NCBI GenBank assembly: GCA_050950825.1
Contig: JBMNIH010000002.1
Coordinates: 160,001 to 224,000, forward strand
DNA length: 64,000 nt
Source of the DNA: Clostridia bacterium
Lineage (GTDB): Bacteria > Bacillota > Clostridia > JAAYHZ01
Direction: 5' to 3'
Below the pieces are notes generated by a model. It did no database searches. It was not told where the DNA came from and saw only the letters and a program-made list of their open reading frames with translations. Both the position numbers and the translations under genes were made by a program. Positions 29,589 to 39,493 of this stretch are shown piece by piece (within the stretch, counting starts at the first letter, position 1; each line of letters opens with the position of its first letter).

Positions 29589-29721
29589 CAAGTTTCCTTT
29601 GCGAATGCCTTATTTCTTATGCTAAAATGATGATTAATGTTGATATGAGAATAACGTTGTGGTAATATTTACTTAGTCTTATGAGCAGCTCATAATTTTT
29701 ATGAGGCGAAGGAGATGTATT

Positions 29722-31422
29722 ATGAAAGGTTTTTATGAGAAAAGGTATATAAGTGATATCAAGGATTTACTGTATTCCAGCGAAAAGTTGTATCCGAATA
29801 ATATCGCATTTCGCCACAGAAAAAATTCCGGCGATCCGTATATTGACGTCACGTTTACCCAACTTAAAAGGGATGTGGATTCATTAGGTACCGCCCTCAT
29901 TTCTTTAGGGTTGAAAGACATGCCCGTCGCCGTTATGGGTGAAAACCGTTACGAATGGAATATTTCCTATTTGGCCGTAGTATGCGGGACCGGAACGGTC
30001 GTTCCTATCGATAAAGAACTGCCGGAAAACGAAATCATAAACCTTTTGGAACGTTCGAAAGCAAAAGCCATTCTATACTCCGGCAAAAAAGACAAAGAAA
30101 TGGAAGCCGCCGTAAGCCGTTGTGAAAATGTTCAATACTTCATTAATTTTGATCTTTCCGAAGACAACGGAAAGAAGCTTTCATTTACGAAGCTCCTAAA
30201 CGAAGGATATCGATTGACAGAACAAGGAGATCGCTCCTTCATCGATGCAAAAATCGATCCGAAGGCTCCCCTCATTATGCTGTTCACATCCGGTACGACG
30301 TCAAGCTCGAAAGCGGTTTTGTTAAGTCATTACAACATCGTGTCTAACATTATGAATATGTGTAAAATCATCTATGCCAATGACAGCGACGTATTCTTAT
30401 CGGTTCTGCCGCTTCACCATACATACGAATGCACATGCAACTTTTTGACACCGATTTATCTCGGCTGCAAAATCGTCATTTCCGACGGCTTAAGGCATAT
30501 TGCAAAGAATATGCAAGAAAACGGCATCACCGTCTTAATCACCGTCCCCTTGCTTCTGGAAACCGTATATTGGAAGATCATCAGCAATATTGAAAAGAAA
30601 GGCAAAATGGGTGTGTTTAAAACGGCTACCGCCGTAAACGGTATATTACTGAAGCTGGGTATCAATGTATCGAACAAATTGTTTAAAGATATTTTCGAAG
30701 CCATGGGCGGCAAGCTTCGCTTGGTCATCGCCGGTGCTGCGGCCTTGGATCCCATTGTAGCGAAGGGCTTCTCGAATATGGGAATCCGGTGCATTCAAGG
30801 CTACGGTTTAACCGAGTGCTCCCCCATCGCCACCGTAGAAACGGATCGGATGCGAGCCATCGGTTCCGTCGGTGTCCCGATGCCCGGTACCGAAATCGTC
30901 ATTAAGGATCAAAACGACGAAGGAATCGGTGAAATCTGCATAAAAAGCCCGAGTATTATGGTGGGATACCTGGACGAGAAAGATAATGCCAAGGCCTTCG
31001 ACGAAGAAGGATATTTTCGCACCGGGGACCTTGGTTACATGGACAAAAAAGGCTTCTTATACATTTCCGGTAGAAAGAAAAATGTGATTGTAACCAAAAA
31101 CGGAAAGAATATTTTCCCGGAAGAATTGGAAGCCTTAATTAACGCAAGTCCTTTGGTCAAGGAAAGTCTGGTGTACGGAGCCATGGATGAAATCACCGGG
31201 GATGAAATCGTATCGGTTAAAATTGTCCCCGATCATGATTATATCGAGGCAAATTATCCCAACGGTCTTTCCGAGCAAGAGTTAACGGAAATGATCAACA
31301 ACGAAATTAAAAAGGTCAACAAGTCGGTGGTACACTACAAAGCCATTAAAAAAGTATATATTCAGCACAAGGAATTCCAAAAGACCACCACTCATAAGAT
31401 TAAACGGTATCTTGAAACGTAA
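29722..31422 (+). CDS. Long-chain fatty acid--CoA ligase
   Basis: FTSGTT, LPLHHTYE, QGYGLTECSP, FRTGDLG and GRKKNVIVTKNGKNIFPEE motifs. Confidence 0.9.
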   Translation: MKGFYEKRYISDIKDLLYSSEKLYPNNIAFRHRKNSGDPYIDVTFTQLKRDVDSLGTALISLGLKDMPVAVMGENRYEWNISYLAVVCGTGTVVPIDKELPENEIINLLERSKAKAILYSGKKDKEMEAAVSRCENVQYFINFDLSEDNGKKLSFTKLLNEGYRLTEQGDRSFIDAKIDPKAPLIMLFTSGTTSSSKAVLLSHYNIVSNIMNMCKIIYANDSDVFLSVLPLHHTYECTCNFLTPIYLGCKIVISDGLRHIAKNMQENGITVLITVPLLLETVYWKIISNIEKKGKMGVFKTATAVNGILLKLGINVSNKLFKDIFEAMGGKLRLVIAGAAALDPIVAKGFSNMGIRCIQGYGLTECSPIATVETDRMRAIGSVGVPMPGTEIVIKDQNDEGIGEICIKSPSIMVGYLDEKDNAKAFDEEGYFRTGDLGYMDKKGFLYISGRKKNVIVTKNGKNIFPEELEALINASPLVKESLVYGAMDEITGDEIVSVKIVPDHDYIEANYPNGLSEQELTEMINNEIKKVNKSVVHYKAIKKVYIQHKEFQKTTTHKIKRYLET

Positions 31423-31432
31423 AATCGAAGGA

Positions 31433-32410
31433 TTACTTCGTATTTCTATCGATGGTCACATTTCCGGAGGTTGTCTTGATTTTAACGGCAGGACCGCCTC
31501 CGTTTATTTTTCCCTGCAGCAAGCCTTTATCGCTTTTACCGGAGCCTACTTCAAAGCTTTCTACGGTGATTTCTCCCGATACGGTTTCCACGTTCAAATT
31601 GAAGGCGGCGGATGCATTAAGAAGCAATATAATGTCGCCGGACACTCCGGTTAAGGAGACGTTATCTTTTAAGCTCTTCAATCGTATATCCATGTATCCC
31701 GAAACCGTTTCCGCAACAACACCGCCGATGTTCCCGTCAACGGATATGGTTCCCGAAACGGAAGCGGATTGAATATTCTTCGCTTCTACATTATTGGCAA
31801 AAACATTTCCGGAGGTGGACCTGGCATCGATGGTTCCTAAGCAAATAATATCCGACAATTCAATGTTTCCCGAAACGGATTGTGCTACAAGGTTGCCGCT
31901 TTCCAGATTTTCCCCATGAATACTTCCCGAAACCGTATTAATCAATATGTCGGTGTTATTCCAATCGGCAATTTCTACGTTGCCCGAATACGTATCCACG
32001 GAAAACCCGCCTTTGTAATGCCCGGGGATATATAAATCCAGCTTCAGCGAGCCCTTCGGCAGGTCAACCTTATTTTTTTTGTATTTCACCTCGATAAAAT
32101 AGTTGTTTTTTCGTTTTTTCAACTGCAGCTTAGGTACATTATCGTAATTTCCCGGTACTTGGCCGTACAAAACCGCTTTCAATCTTTCTTCTTCTCCGAT
32201 AATGACGCGAATATCTTCGATAACACCTTTGAATTCCAGCCGGTCCGCACTCTTAAAATCATCCGAGACCTCTTCGTAATAGTCGATCATGCGGTCTAAT
32301 ATGATGTCCGCCTTTTTCCCGGTACTATTTGCAAAAAGAATTCCCAAAGCAATCAATAATACGGCACCGGCAAAAATTCCCCCTATTATCATGAGTTTGC
32401 GTTTATCCAT
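31433..32410 (-). CDS. DUF4097-type beta-strand-repeat membrane-anchored protein
   Basis: N-terminal TM helix; repeated (T/S)xSGx(I/V) units; C-terminal IKTTSGNVTI. Confidence 0.85.
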   Translation of the reverse strand: MDKRKLMIIGGIFAGAVLLIALGILFANSTGKKADIILDRMIDYYEEVSDDFKSADRLEFKGVIEDIRVIIGEEERLKAVLYGQVPGNYDNVPKLQLKKRKNNYFIEVKYKKNKVDLPKGSLKLDLYIPGHYKGGFSVDTYSGNVEIADWNNTDILINTVSGSIHGENLESGNLVAQSVSGNIELSDIICLGTIDARSTSGNVFANNVEAKNIQSASVSGTISVDGNIGGVVAETVSGYMDIRLKSLKDNVSLTGVSGDIILLLNASAAFNLNVETVSGEITVESFEVGSGKSDKGLLQGKINGGGPAVKIKTTSGNVTIDRNTK

Positions 32411-32420
32411 GATTTACCAC

Positions 32421-33426
32421 GCCCGCATGAAGATCCGCCATGATTCCACTACTGACGTTGAAAGAGCTGTTGAATTACTGAAAAAAACGGAAAAGGACTT
32501 TGGTTCTAGGCCTTTCGTCGTCATGGAATCTACCGGGCACTATCACAAAATCCTTTTCCATTCACTTTGTAAAGCTGGATTGGAGGTCTCCATCATAAAC
32601 CCCATCCAAACTGATTCTATCAAAAATATTGGAATCAGGAAAGTGAAAAATGATAAAGTTGATGCCCGGAAAATTGCTCTGCTATACAGATTTCAGGAGC
32701 TTAAAACTACTAATATCCCCAATGAGGATATTGAATGTCTGCGAAGCCTTTGCCGCCAGTACTATAAGCTGAATGATGAGCTTACTGCATACAAAAACAG
32801 ACTTACAGGCATTGTCGACCAGCTTATGCTCAACTTTAAGGACGTCTTCTCCAATATATTCTCAAAGGCTGCTATTGCTGTATTGGAGGAATATCCTACA
32901 CCTGCTGCTATTCTTAAAGCTAATAGGAACAAACTGATTTCACTTATTCAAAAGAATTCCCGCAAGAGCCTTAAGTGGTCAACTGCAAAGTATGAGCTTC
33001 TCGTCTCCAAGGCCAGAGAGTTTGCGCCTTTGAGCGTTCATAATTCTTCAAACATTGCCATGCTGGGTGTCTACATATCCATGATCAGAACTCTGGAAGA
33101 TAACTTGGCGAAGGTCCTAAAAGCCATTCATCTATTGATTGCTGAAGATATGGCTAAGGACATGCCTATGCTGGCATTGACGCTTGAGCTTTTGCAAAGC
33201 CTGCCAGGTATTGGCCTTCTTACTGCTGCCACCATTTTAGCAGAGATCGGCGATTTTTCTGCCTTCTCTAAGCCGGGAAAACTGGTTGCTTACTTTGGCA
33301 TTGACCCCTCTGTGATGCAATCTGGGGAGTTTACCGGCACGCGGAATAAAATGTCCAAGAGAGGTTCCAGGCTACTTCGCAGGGTTCTTTTTACAACTGC
33401 TCTTGCCAATATTCGAACTAAGAGGA
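32421..33426 (+). pseudogene. Internal fragment of a second, diverged IS110 transposase (both ends missing)
   Basis: Protein closely similar to the 15584-16873 transposase from ARMKI to NIRTKR; lacks the GID motif, the C-terminus and both non-coding ends. Confidence 0.9.
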
Positions 33427-33534
33427 CTTTTTCACATTATTTTCCTTTGTATAAATATAACCGGTTTTCGGTATTCTAATATTCCAAAGTCGAAATTTCC
33501 TATAATTCTATCGATTCATCCTTTTCTTTTCAAT

Positions 33535-33568
33535 AAAAAAAACAGGGGTTTTAAAGTCCCCTTTTGTC
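33535..33568 (-). terminator. Probable terminator for the gerQ-like gene
   Basis: AGGGG...CCCCT hairpin with A tract on its low-coordinate side. Confidence 0.5.
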
Positions 33569-33589
33569 ATTTCTATGTACTTGCTTTTG

Positions 33590-34300
33590 TTAAAAATAGA
33601 TCTTAACAAATTTGATGGAGTACATATCGCACAATAATAAGTCGTCGGTATTGATTTCATTGATAATCAAGTAATCGATACCTACATCGACCAAATAGCC
33701 TTCCCGGTCGACAAACATATTGCTTCCGATTAAAAACTCGATTTTCACTTGCCTTCCGATTTGGGTTCTTAAGTATCCTTGTATATATCCCAAATCGCTG
33801 ACACGTCCGCACCGGGCTTGCACGCTTGTTCCCGATTCTTGATCCGTAAACGAGCTTGGGGTCTGTGCCATGGCACAAGTTGCATAGGAACCCGGAGGAA
33901 GCATGCTTCCCGTAGATTGCAGCATGGAATCCTGCATGTCGGCTGCCGTAACCATACCCTGCACAGTTCCCGGTGCGTACTGCATTTTTCCCGTTTGAGG
34001 AAAAGCTCCTGCACCCATAATCGGTACGGTCACCGCCGGACTGTCTTGATACGGCATATTGTTTGCTAAAGGTCCCATGCTTTGGTTCTGTTTTACCGGT
34101 GCTTGCATCGGTCTTGCTGTGTTCGCTTCGGGTTGTACACCGGTTTTCGAAGGTTTTGCCGTTGATCCCGGCATCATACCGGTAGCCGGTGCATTGTCTT
34201 TTCGGAAGGTGTTGTCTTTATTGTTTGCCCAATATTCGCTTGCAGGCAAATTCGGCCTTCTTGTTACGTTCATTTGTTCTTGCACTTTTTTACACCACAC
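33590..34300 (-). CDS. GerQ-like spore coat protein (low-complexity N-terminus; start uncertain)
   Basis: P/Q/M-rich N-terminus; conserved C-terminal GYLRTQIGRQVKIEFLIG...GYLVDVGIDYLII; directly downstream of the cwlJ-like gene. Confidence 0.55.
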   Translation of the reverse strand: MWCKKVQEQMNVTRRPNLPASEYWANNKDNTFRKDNAPATGMMPGSTAKPSKTGVQPEANTARPMQAPVKQNQSMGPLANNMPYQDSPAVTVPIMGAGAFPQTGKMQYAPGTVQGMVTAADMQDSMLQSTGSMLPPGSYATCAMAQTPSSFTDQESGTSVQARCGRVSDLGYIQGYLRTQIGRQVKIEFLIGSNMFVDREGYLVDVGIDYLIINEINTDDLLLCDMYSIKFVKIYF

Positions 34301-34335
34301 TTTTCAATAATATATTTATGCTTTTTCGCGAAAAA

Positions 34336-34779
34336 TCAGGTTTGGCTATACAAAGGGGTCGGGTTGTAAAAGCAGTGCTCGTTGATGCGAGTATAGAAGA
34401 CGCCGGTCCGATTACGCGGAAAATATGTCTCGCATTGCGGACTGAAAGGATTGTAATACCACAAACAATCATCTACACCCCATAAACGGTTTCCGTCTAA
34501 AGCCCAATCGGCAATTTCGTAATGAACTTGCTCCGGAGACATGTTGAAAATGTTTTGCGGATTTTCCGCCCCGCCTACCACCGTCATTGCGCATGTAAAC
34601 TGGTAGGGCTGCAGCAATACTTTTTTAAGATCTCCTTGGCATACCCGCATGTATTCCCCCGAATTTACATGCACGCGATTCATGATAACCGTGGCAACGG
34701 CTTTCATTCCGTTTGAGCCCTCGCCTTCCGCTTCGCATCGAATCATTCTGGCTAGCATTTCCCTTGCCGATAATGGCAT
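34336..34779 (-). CDS. cwlJ: CwlJ/SleB-family spore cortex hydrolase
   Basis: MLARMIRCEAEGEG..GM.AVA.VIMNR and C-terminal HCFYNPT resemble CwlJ; start ATG 34779. Confidence 0.7.
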   Translation of the reverse strand: MPLSAREMLARMIRCEAEGEGSNGMKAVATVIMNRVHVNSGEYMRVCQGDLKKVLLQPYQFTCAMTVVGGAENPQNIFNMSPEQVHYEIADWALDGNRLWGVDDCLWYYNPFSPQCETYFPRNRTGVFYTRINEHCFYNPTPLYSQT

Positions 34780-34864
34780 TATGTATCCCTCGCTTCTTGC
34801 ATTTACATAATATATTATTCTTTGCTTCTCAGGATGTGACAAGAAAATGAACAATGGAAAGGCT

Positions 34865-35395
34865 TTAGATAAAGAAAAGCCTGCAAATGAGAAAAGACAA
34901 CAAAACACACACTACATCGGCCGCAAGCGCTACGGGTATTACATAGCCTGTGTTTTTTACTTTTGTCACTCCGAAGTAGACTGCCGTTACATAAAAGGTG
35001 GTTTCGGTAGACCCCATCATAACGCAAGCAAGCCTTCCAATGAACGAGTCGGGACCGTTTTCCTTTAAAACGGATGACACCAACGTCAACGAGCCTGCCC
35101 CCGATATGGGTTTCAGTATAGCTAACGGCATAACTTCTGCAGGTATACCGATTTTTCCGGTAATAGGGCTTAATGCATAGACGAAAAGCTCCATGGCACC
35201 TGATGCCCGAAACATCCCGATGGCGACAATTAAGCCCACCAAAGTAGGTACCAATCTTACGGCCGTGTCCAACCCGGTTTTCGCTCCTTGGAGAAATATC
35301 TCAAACACTTTGATATTTTTGTATAAACCGATAGAAACAGTGGTCATCAAAATGACGGGTACCACGTACAAGGAGATACGATTAATCACATTCAT
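34865..35395 (-). CDS. spmB: Spore maturation protein B
   Basis: MFRASGA, KPISG, GPDSFIG and GSTETTFY..AVYFG motifs. Confidence 0.9.
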   Translation of the reverse strand: MNVINRISLYVVPVILMTTVSIGLYKNIKVFEIFLQGAKTGLDTAVRLVPTLVGLIVAIGMFRASGAMELFVYALSPITGKIGIPAEVMPLAILKPISGAGSLTLVSSVLKENGPDSFIGRLACVMMGSTETTFYVTAVYFGVTKVKNTGYVIPVALAADVVCVLLSFLICRLFFI

Positions 35396-35976
35396 ATTTC
35401 AAACCTCCTCGATCGATCCAAAAGCTTACACAAGAGAATGCCGAATAAGAGAGTCAAAAAGGACGTGATCCATACGGGAATAATAATGTCATAGGGGTTT
35501 GCGGCACCGGCGTTATGCCTTAACGTGATGACCGACGTGGGAATCAGTTGAAAAGAACAGGTATTGATCACGATGAACAATCGCATGGATGAGGATGCGT
35601 CGGTACTCGGGTTGATTCGGTCCAATTCCTTCATGGCTTCAAGCCCCAAGGGCGTTGCCGCATTGCCCATTCCCAAAACATTGGCGCATATGTTCATCAC
35701 GATTTTTTCCTTCGCTTTCGACTCTTTTTTGATTTTGGGAAACAAAAGATTAATGACAGGCTCAATGATCTCGCTCAAAGATTTGACGGCCGACGACTTT
35801 TCCAAAATGGCCGACATCCCGGTCCAAAAACACATCATGCCGGTTAACCCTATCACCACGTTTACCGCCGTTTTTGCCGATTCCAAGATTCCGGCGGAAA
35901 CCTCCGCGGTCCTTCCCGATACAAAACCTACAACGACGGATATTACGATTAAAGCAGCCCAAATATAGTTTAACAT
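35392..35976 (-). CDS. spmA: Spore maturation protein A
   Basis: MLNYIW start (35976), ANVLGMGNAATPLGLEAM, FIVINT...QLIPT. Confidence 0.9.
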   Translation of the reverse strand: MLNYIWAALIVISVVVGFVSGRTAEVSAGILESAKTAVNVVIGLTGMMCFWTGMSAILEKSSAVKSLSEIIEPVINLLFPKIKKESKAKEKIVMNICANVLGMGNAATPLGLEAMKELDRINPSTDASSSMRLFIVINTCSFQLIPTSVITLRHNAGAANPYDIIIPVWITSFLTLLFGILLCKLLDRSRRFEI

Positions 35977-36117
35977 AAAATCACCCGGTAAAAGGTATGT
36001 CCGAGCTTTAAGAAATATACATCCCGAGGATAAGTTTTGTACCTTTCCATACCGTGTCTTCCTTGTTGACAGAACAACAGGATTTCCCATATCATGGATA
36101 TATACGGGAGGTGGATA

Positions 36118-37833
36118 ATGAAAATAAGAAAGTTTTTGTCTTTATCCGTAAAAGGATTATGCTTTGTTTTGTTAACGGTATTGATGATACTCCCGAATGC
36201 ATCTTGTAATAAGGACGATTCGGACCGAGAACTTGAGTCTTCAGGGAAATTCACCGGTTCGGAAATGAATATTGAGGATATACCTTCATTTTCAGAAGAG
36301 CCTCTTAAAATTCTGTACTTTCAAATAGGAAACGGTGCAGCCGATTTCGGTATAACCGCTAACAAAAATGATAATTTGTTCTTAAATTTTATGACGTTAT
36401 CCAATCTGTGCGAAGAAAAATTAGGGTTCCCTTTGAAGTTTATCGACGTTCCGGATTCCGATAAGGAATACAATGCCTATTTGGCTTACCTGAATTCCGG
36501 CTTATCCGCAGATTTGATTTTCCCTTCCAAGCCAAGCGGTATTAATCATGTATCGGAATACAATACCTGGCCTGCAACGTTTTATTGGAACGATCAATAC
36601 ATCGAAGAAGGGGTTTACATGGATATTACGGAATACATACCGCGATTCTGCCCCCAAGCTATTATCAACTTCGAAAAGTATCCAATGATCAAGGAAATGT
36701 GCTCACGGAATGGCAGAATTTATGCTCTTTATGCCGGTATGCCTCATGTTTATTCTTATACATTAATCATTAAAAAAAGTCTTTTAGAAGAAAACAACTT
36801 GGACGCCGTAAATAGCTTCGAGGTTTTATCCGAAATGCTATATAACATGTATCGAAATACGCAATCCCTGTCGGATGAGCAAAAAATTTATGTTAGTCCC
36901 TATGATCTTTTACTATATTCCATAATTGAATCAGGCTATTGTCCTTTGGACGGAGCAAGCCTTGGTCTTGGTATCGTCGTAGGCGCAGAAGACAAGAATT
37001 TTACTCCTATTGCCATAGAGGATACCGATATACTCGATCGCATGTACGAAGAATTTACTATCTTTTTTCAGGGCGGCTATTTCACCGAGAAATCCGAGCA
37101 ATATTACGCTCTTTTGGAAGGTGAACAGGATATGTTTATCAATAACTTGCCTTTATCTCTCGTAAAAGCTTTATCTAGGCAATGTGTTGATGAAAAAGAT
37201 AACTTTTTTAACAAAGGATATTCAATTTTCTTGTTGAATACTCCGAAAGCAATGATAAGACCTTTTAACATTCATGTGATTCCGGTTCCTTATACATCGG
37301 AGCAACCGGAAAAAGCATTGCATTTTATGCAGTGGTTAATGACCGACTCGGATGCCGCCGATATTTTGACATTCGGTTCCTCAATTCAAATGGTAAAACA
37401 CTATCGATTCTCATCCGGAAACATCATCATACCGGAGCCTAACAATACAATATACGGATTCTGTGACCTTATTGCAAACTTTAGCGACAAACCTTTTCTT
37501 TGCGGAAATTCGCAATTTCATATAGCCGAAGAAGTTCGAAAAAAAACCTATGATGCCATTTACCCTTTCTTTTATCGGACTTTGGATTCGGATCATATGA
37601 ATTTAAATACCGTAACACAATTTTCCGAAACCGTGCAGTATCGATACAATGACAGGCGTTCATTTTTGCGCAACAGCCTTCATGAGTGGATGACAAACCC
37701 GAACTCGCCTCTTACACCTCATGATGTAAAGAAAGGCTTGGCGGAACATGAGGACAACGAAGATATGATGAATACGGTAAACGAATATGTACAAAAAATC
37801 CGATTGTCCGAATACCTTGAAAAAGAACGGTAA
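36118..37833 (+). CDS. Lipoprotein, divergent extracellular solute-binding protein
   Basis: Signal peptide with lipobox PNAS-C; NGRIYAL and SEQPEKALHFMQWL...ILTFG resemble carbohydrate SBPs; RBS GGGAGG. Confidence 0.6.
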   Translation: MKIRKFLSLSVKGLCFVLLTVLMILPNASCNKDDSDRELESSGKFTGSEMNIEDIPSFSEEPLKILYFQIGNGAADFGITANKNDNLFLNFMTLSNLCEEKLGFPLKFIDVPDSDKEYNAYLAYLNSGLSADLIFPSKPSGINHVSEYNTWPATFYWNDQYIEEGVYMDITEYIPRFCPQAIINFEKYPMIKEMCSRNGRIYALYAGMPHVYSYTLIIKKSLLEENNLDAVNSFEVLSEMLYNMYRNTQSLSDEQKIYVSPYDLLLYSIIESGYCPLDGASLGLGIVVGAEDKNFTPIAIEDTDILDRMYEEFTIFFQGGYFTEKSEQYYALLEGEQDMFINNLPLSLVKALSRQCVDEKDNFFNKGYSIFLLNTPKAMIRPFNIHVIPVPYTSEQPEKALHFMQWLMTDSDAADILTFGSSIQMVKHYRFSSGNIIIPEPNNTIYGFCDLIANFSDKPFLCGNSQFHIAEEVRKKTYDAIYPFFYRTLDSDHMNLNTVTQFSETVQYRYNDRRSFLRNSLHEWMTNPNSPLTPHDVKKGLAEHEDNEDMMNTVNEYVQKIRLSEYLEKER

Positions 37834-37842
37834 AAATAGACG

Positions 37843-39243
37843 TTATTCTTTACCGTCCCAACAATATGTACAGATATTTTCCCGAGGAAGACCGATAGCA
37901 TCTATCATTCCTTCGATGGTTTGGTATCTTAAAGAAGACAAGTGCAGCTTGCCGCAAATACCGTTAACCATACAACGGTGTTTTTCCGATTTGCTGTCTA
38001 CGTATTCTTGAATATCCGCTTCTTTGCCTTTTTCGATTTCACTGACGGTTCTTCTTGTAATCAACTCCATTTCCGATCTGCTTCTCGAAAAGTTCAAATA
38101 CTTGCAGACAAAAAGAAGCGGAGGGCATGCGGAGCGTATATGGACCTCTTTGACGCCGCAGTTGTACAAAAGGTCGGCGGTCTCCAGCAATTGGGTTCCC
38201 CTGACAATGGAGTCGTCGCAAAAGATGATTCTTTTGCCGTGCACCAGATCATACACCGGTAAAAGCTTCATTCGTGCGACCAGATTGCGTAAGCTTTGGT
38301 CTTGCGGCGTAAAGCTTCTCGGCCAAGTCGGCGTGTATTTTACAAAAGGTCTTGCATACGGGATATGGGTTTCGTTAGCGTAGCCGATGGCATGGGCGAT
38401 TCCGGAGTCCGGTATGCCGGCCACCATATCGGCGCAAACATCGTCATTTTTAGCCAAGATGGCACCGTTTCTGTACCGCATCGCTTCTACGTTTACGCCT
38501 TGGTACGTGGAAGAAGGATAGCCGTAATACACCCATAAAAAGGCGCATATCTTCATTTTGTCTTTCGGAGGAGATATTTGTTCGATGCCGTCGTTTGAAA
38601 CAAAAACGATTTCTCCGGGTCCCAATTCGTATTCGATGGCATAGCCGAGATTGGGAAATGCGGAGGATTCGAAGGACAAAGCATAGGTGTCTTGCTTCTT
38701 CCCTATAAAAAGCGGAGTTCTTCCGTACAAATCGCGGGCGCCGTAGATTCCTTCCGGTGTCAGCACCAAAAGGGACATGGATCCGTCAATGGAGTTTTGT
38801 ACGTTGAGGATTCCTTCTTTGAAATCCTTGCCTTCATTGATTAAGTTCATGACCAATTCGGTGGCATTCACTTCCCCGTCTCGCAATTCCATTAAATGAA
38901 TGTGCTTTTCCTTAATCAGCCTTTCGGCAAGCTTTTCGATGTTATTAATCCTACCGACGGTCGTAAGAGCATAATCGCCTAAATGCGATCGAACGGTCAA
39001 AGGCTGGGGTTCGTTGTCGCTTATGCAGCCGATCCCTAAATTCCCGGTCAGCATGGGAAGATCGTCCTCAAACCTTGCTCTAAATTGCGTGTTTTGGATG
39101 TTATGAATGGATCGGGCAAATCCTTTTCCGGTCCATACCGTTAAACCTCCCTTGCTTGTTCCAAGGTGGGAATGGTAATCGGTGCCGAAAAACAAATCAT
39201 GTATACAATTACTTTTCGAAACCACACCAAAAATTCCACCCAT
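37843..39243 (-). CDS. purF: Amidophosphoribosyltransferase homolog lacking the N-terminal catalytic Cys
   Basis: MGGIFG start, GIPDSG, PRPP motif FCDDSIVRGT, CAFLWVY, C-terminal CTYCW. Confidence 0.85.
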   Translation of the reverse strand: MGGIFGVVSKSNCIHDLFFGTDYHSHLGTSKGGLTVWTGKGFARSIHNIQNTQFRARFEDDLPMLTGNLGIGCISDNEPQPLTVRSHLGDYALTTVGRINNIEKLAERLIKEKHIHLMELRDGEVNATELVMNLINEGKDFKEGILNVQNSIDGSMSLLVLTPEGIYGARDLYGRTPLFIGKKQDTYALSFESSAFPNLGYAIEYELGPGEIVFVSNDGIEQISPPKDKMKICAFLWVYYGYPSSTYQGVNVEAMRYRNGAILAKNDDVCADMVAGIPDSGIAHAIGYANETHIPYARPFVKYTPTWPRSFTPQDQSLRNLVARMKLLPVYDLVHGKRIIFCDDSIVRGTQLLETADLLYNCGVKEVHIRSACPPLLFVCKYLNFSRSRSEMELITRRTVSEIEKGKEADIQEYVDSKSEKHRCMVNGICGKLHLSSLRYQTIEGMIDAIGLPRENICTYCWDGKE

Positions 39244-39493
39244 AACCATCGCACTCCTTAAAGAAAAAATAAAAACATAAAAGTTATTATATTCGATTTC
39301 ATATTTTATGTAAATACCCTTCCCGACGAATAACATTTTTACTTCCCGTCTTCCATCCGTCTTTTTCAATCGACAAAAATTGCTAAAAAAAGACAAACTG
39401 CATCATATAATCCGTAATAAAGCACGTAAAGCTGTCTTCTTTGCCGGGTTTCTGTATAATGGATGTAACATTCCTTCGAAGAGGTCGCTATAT

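Noticed and set aside
32289-33479. 396-aa ORF as an intact transposase or a novel fusion
   Set aside because: The first ~44 codons are the antisense of the DUF4097 gene and the tail is intergenic read-through; the catalytic GID motif is absent
39380-39493. Extended N-termini in the ORF track (kinase, purF, argJ, acyl-CoA ligase, spmA, recD2, C45, HD) suggesting gene overlaps
   Set aside because: Downstream starts with RBSs and family-typical N-termini remove the overlaps
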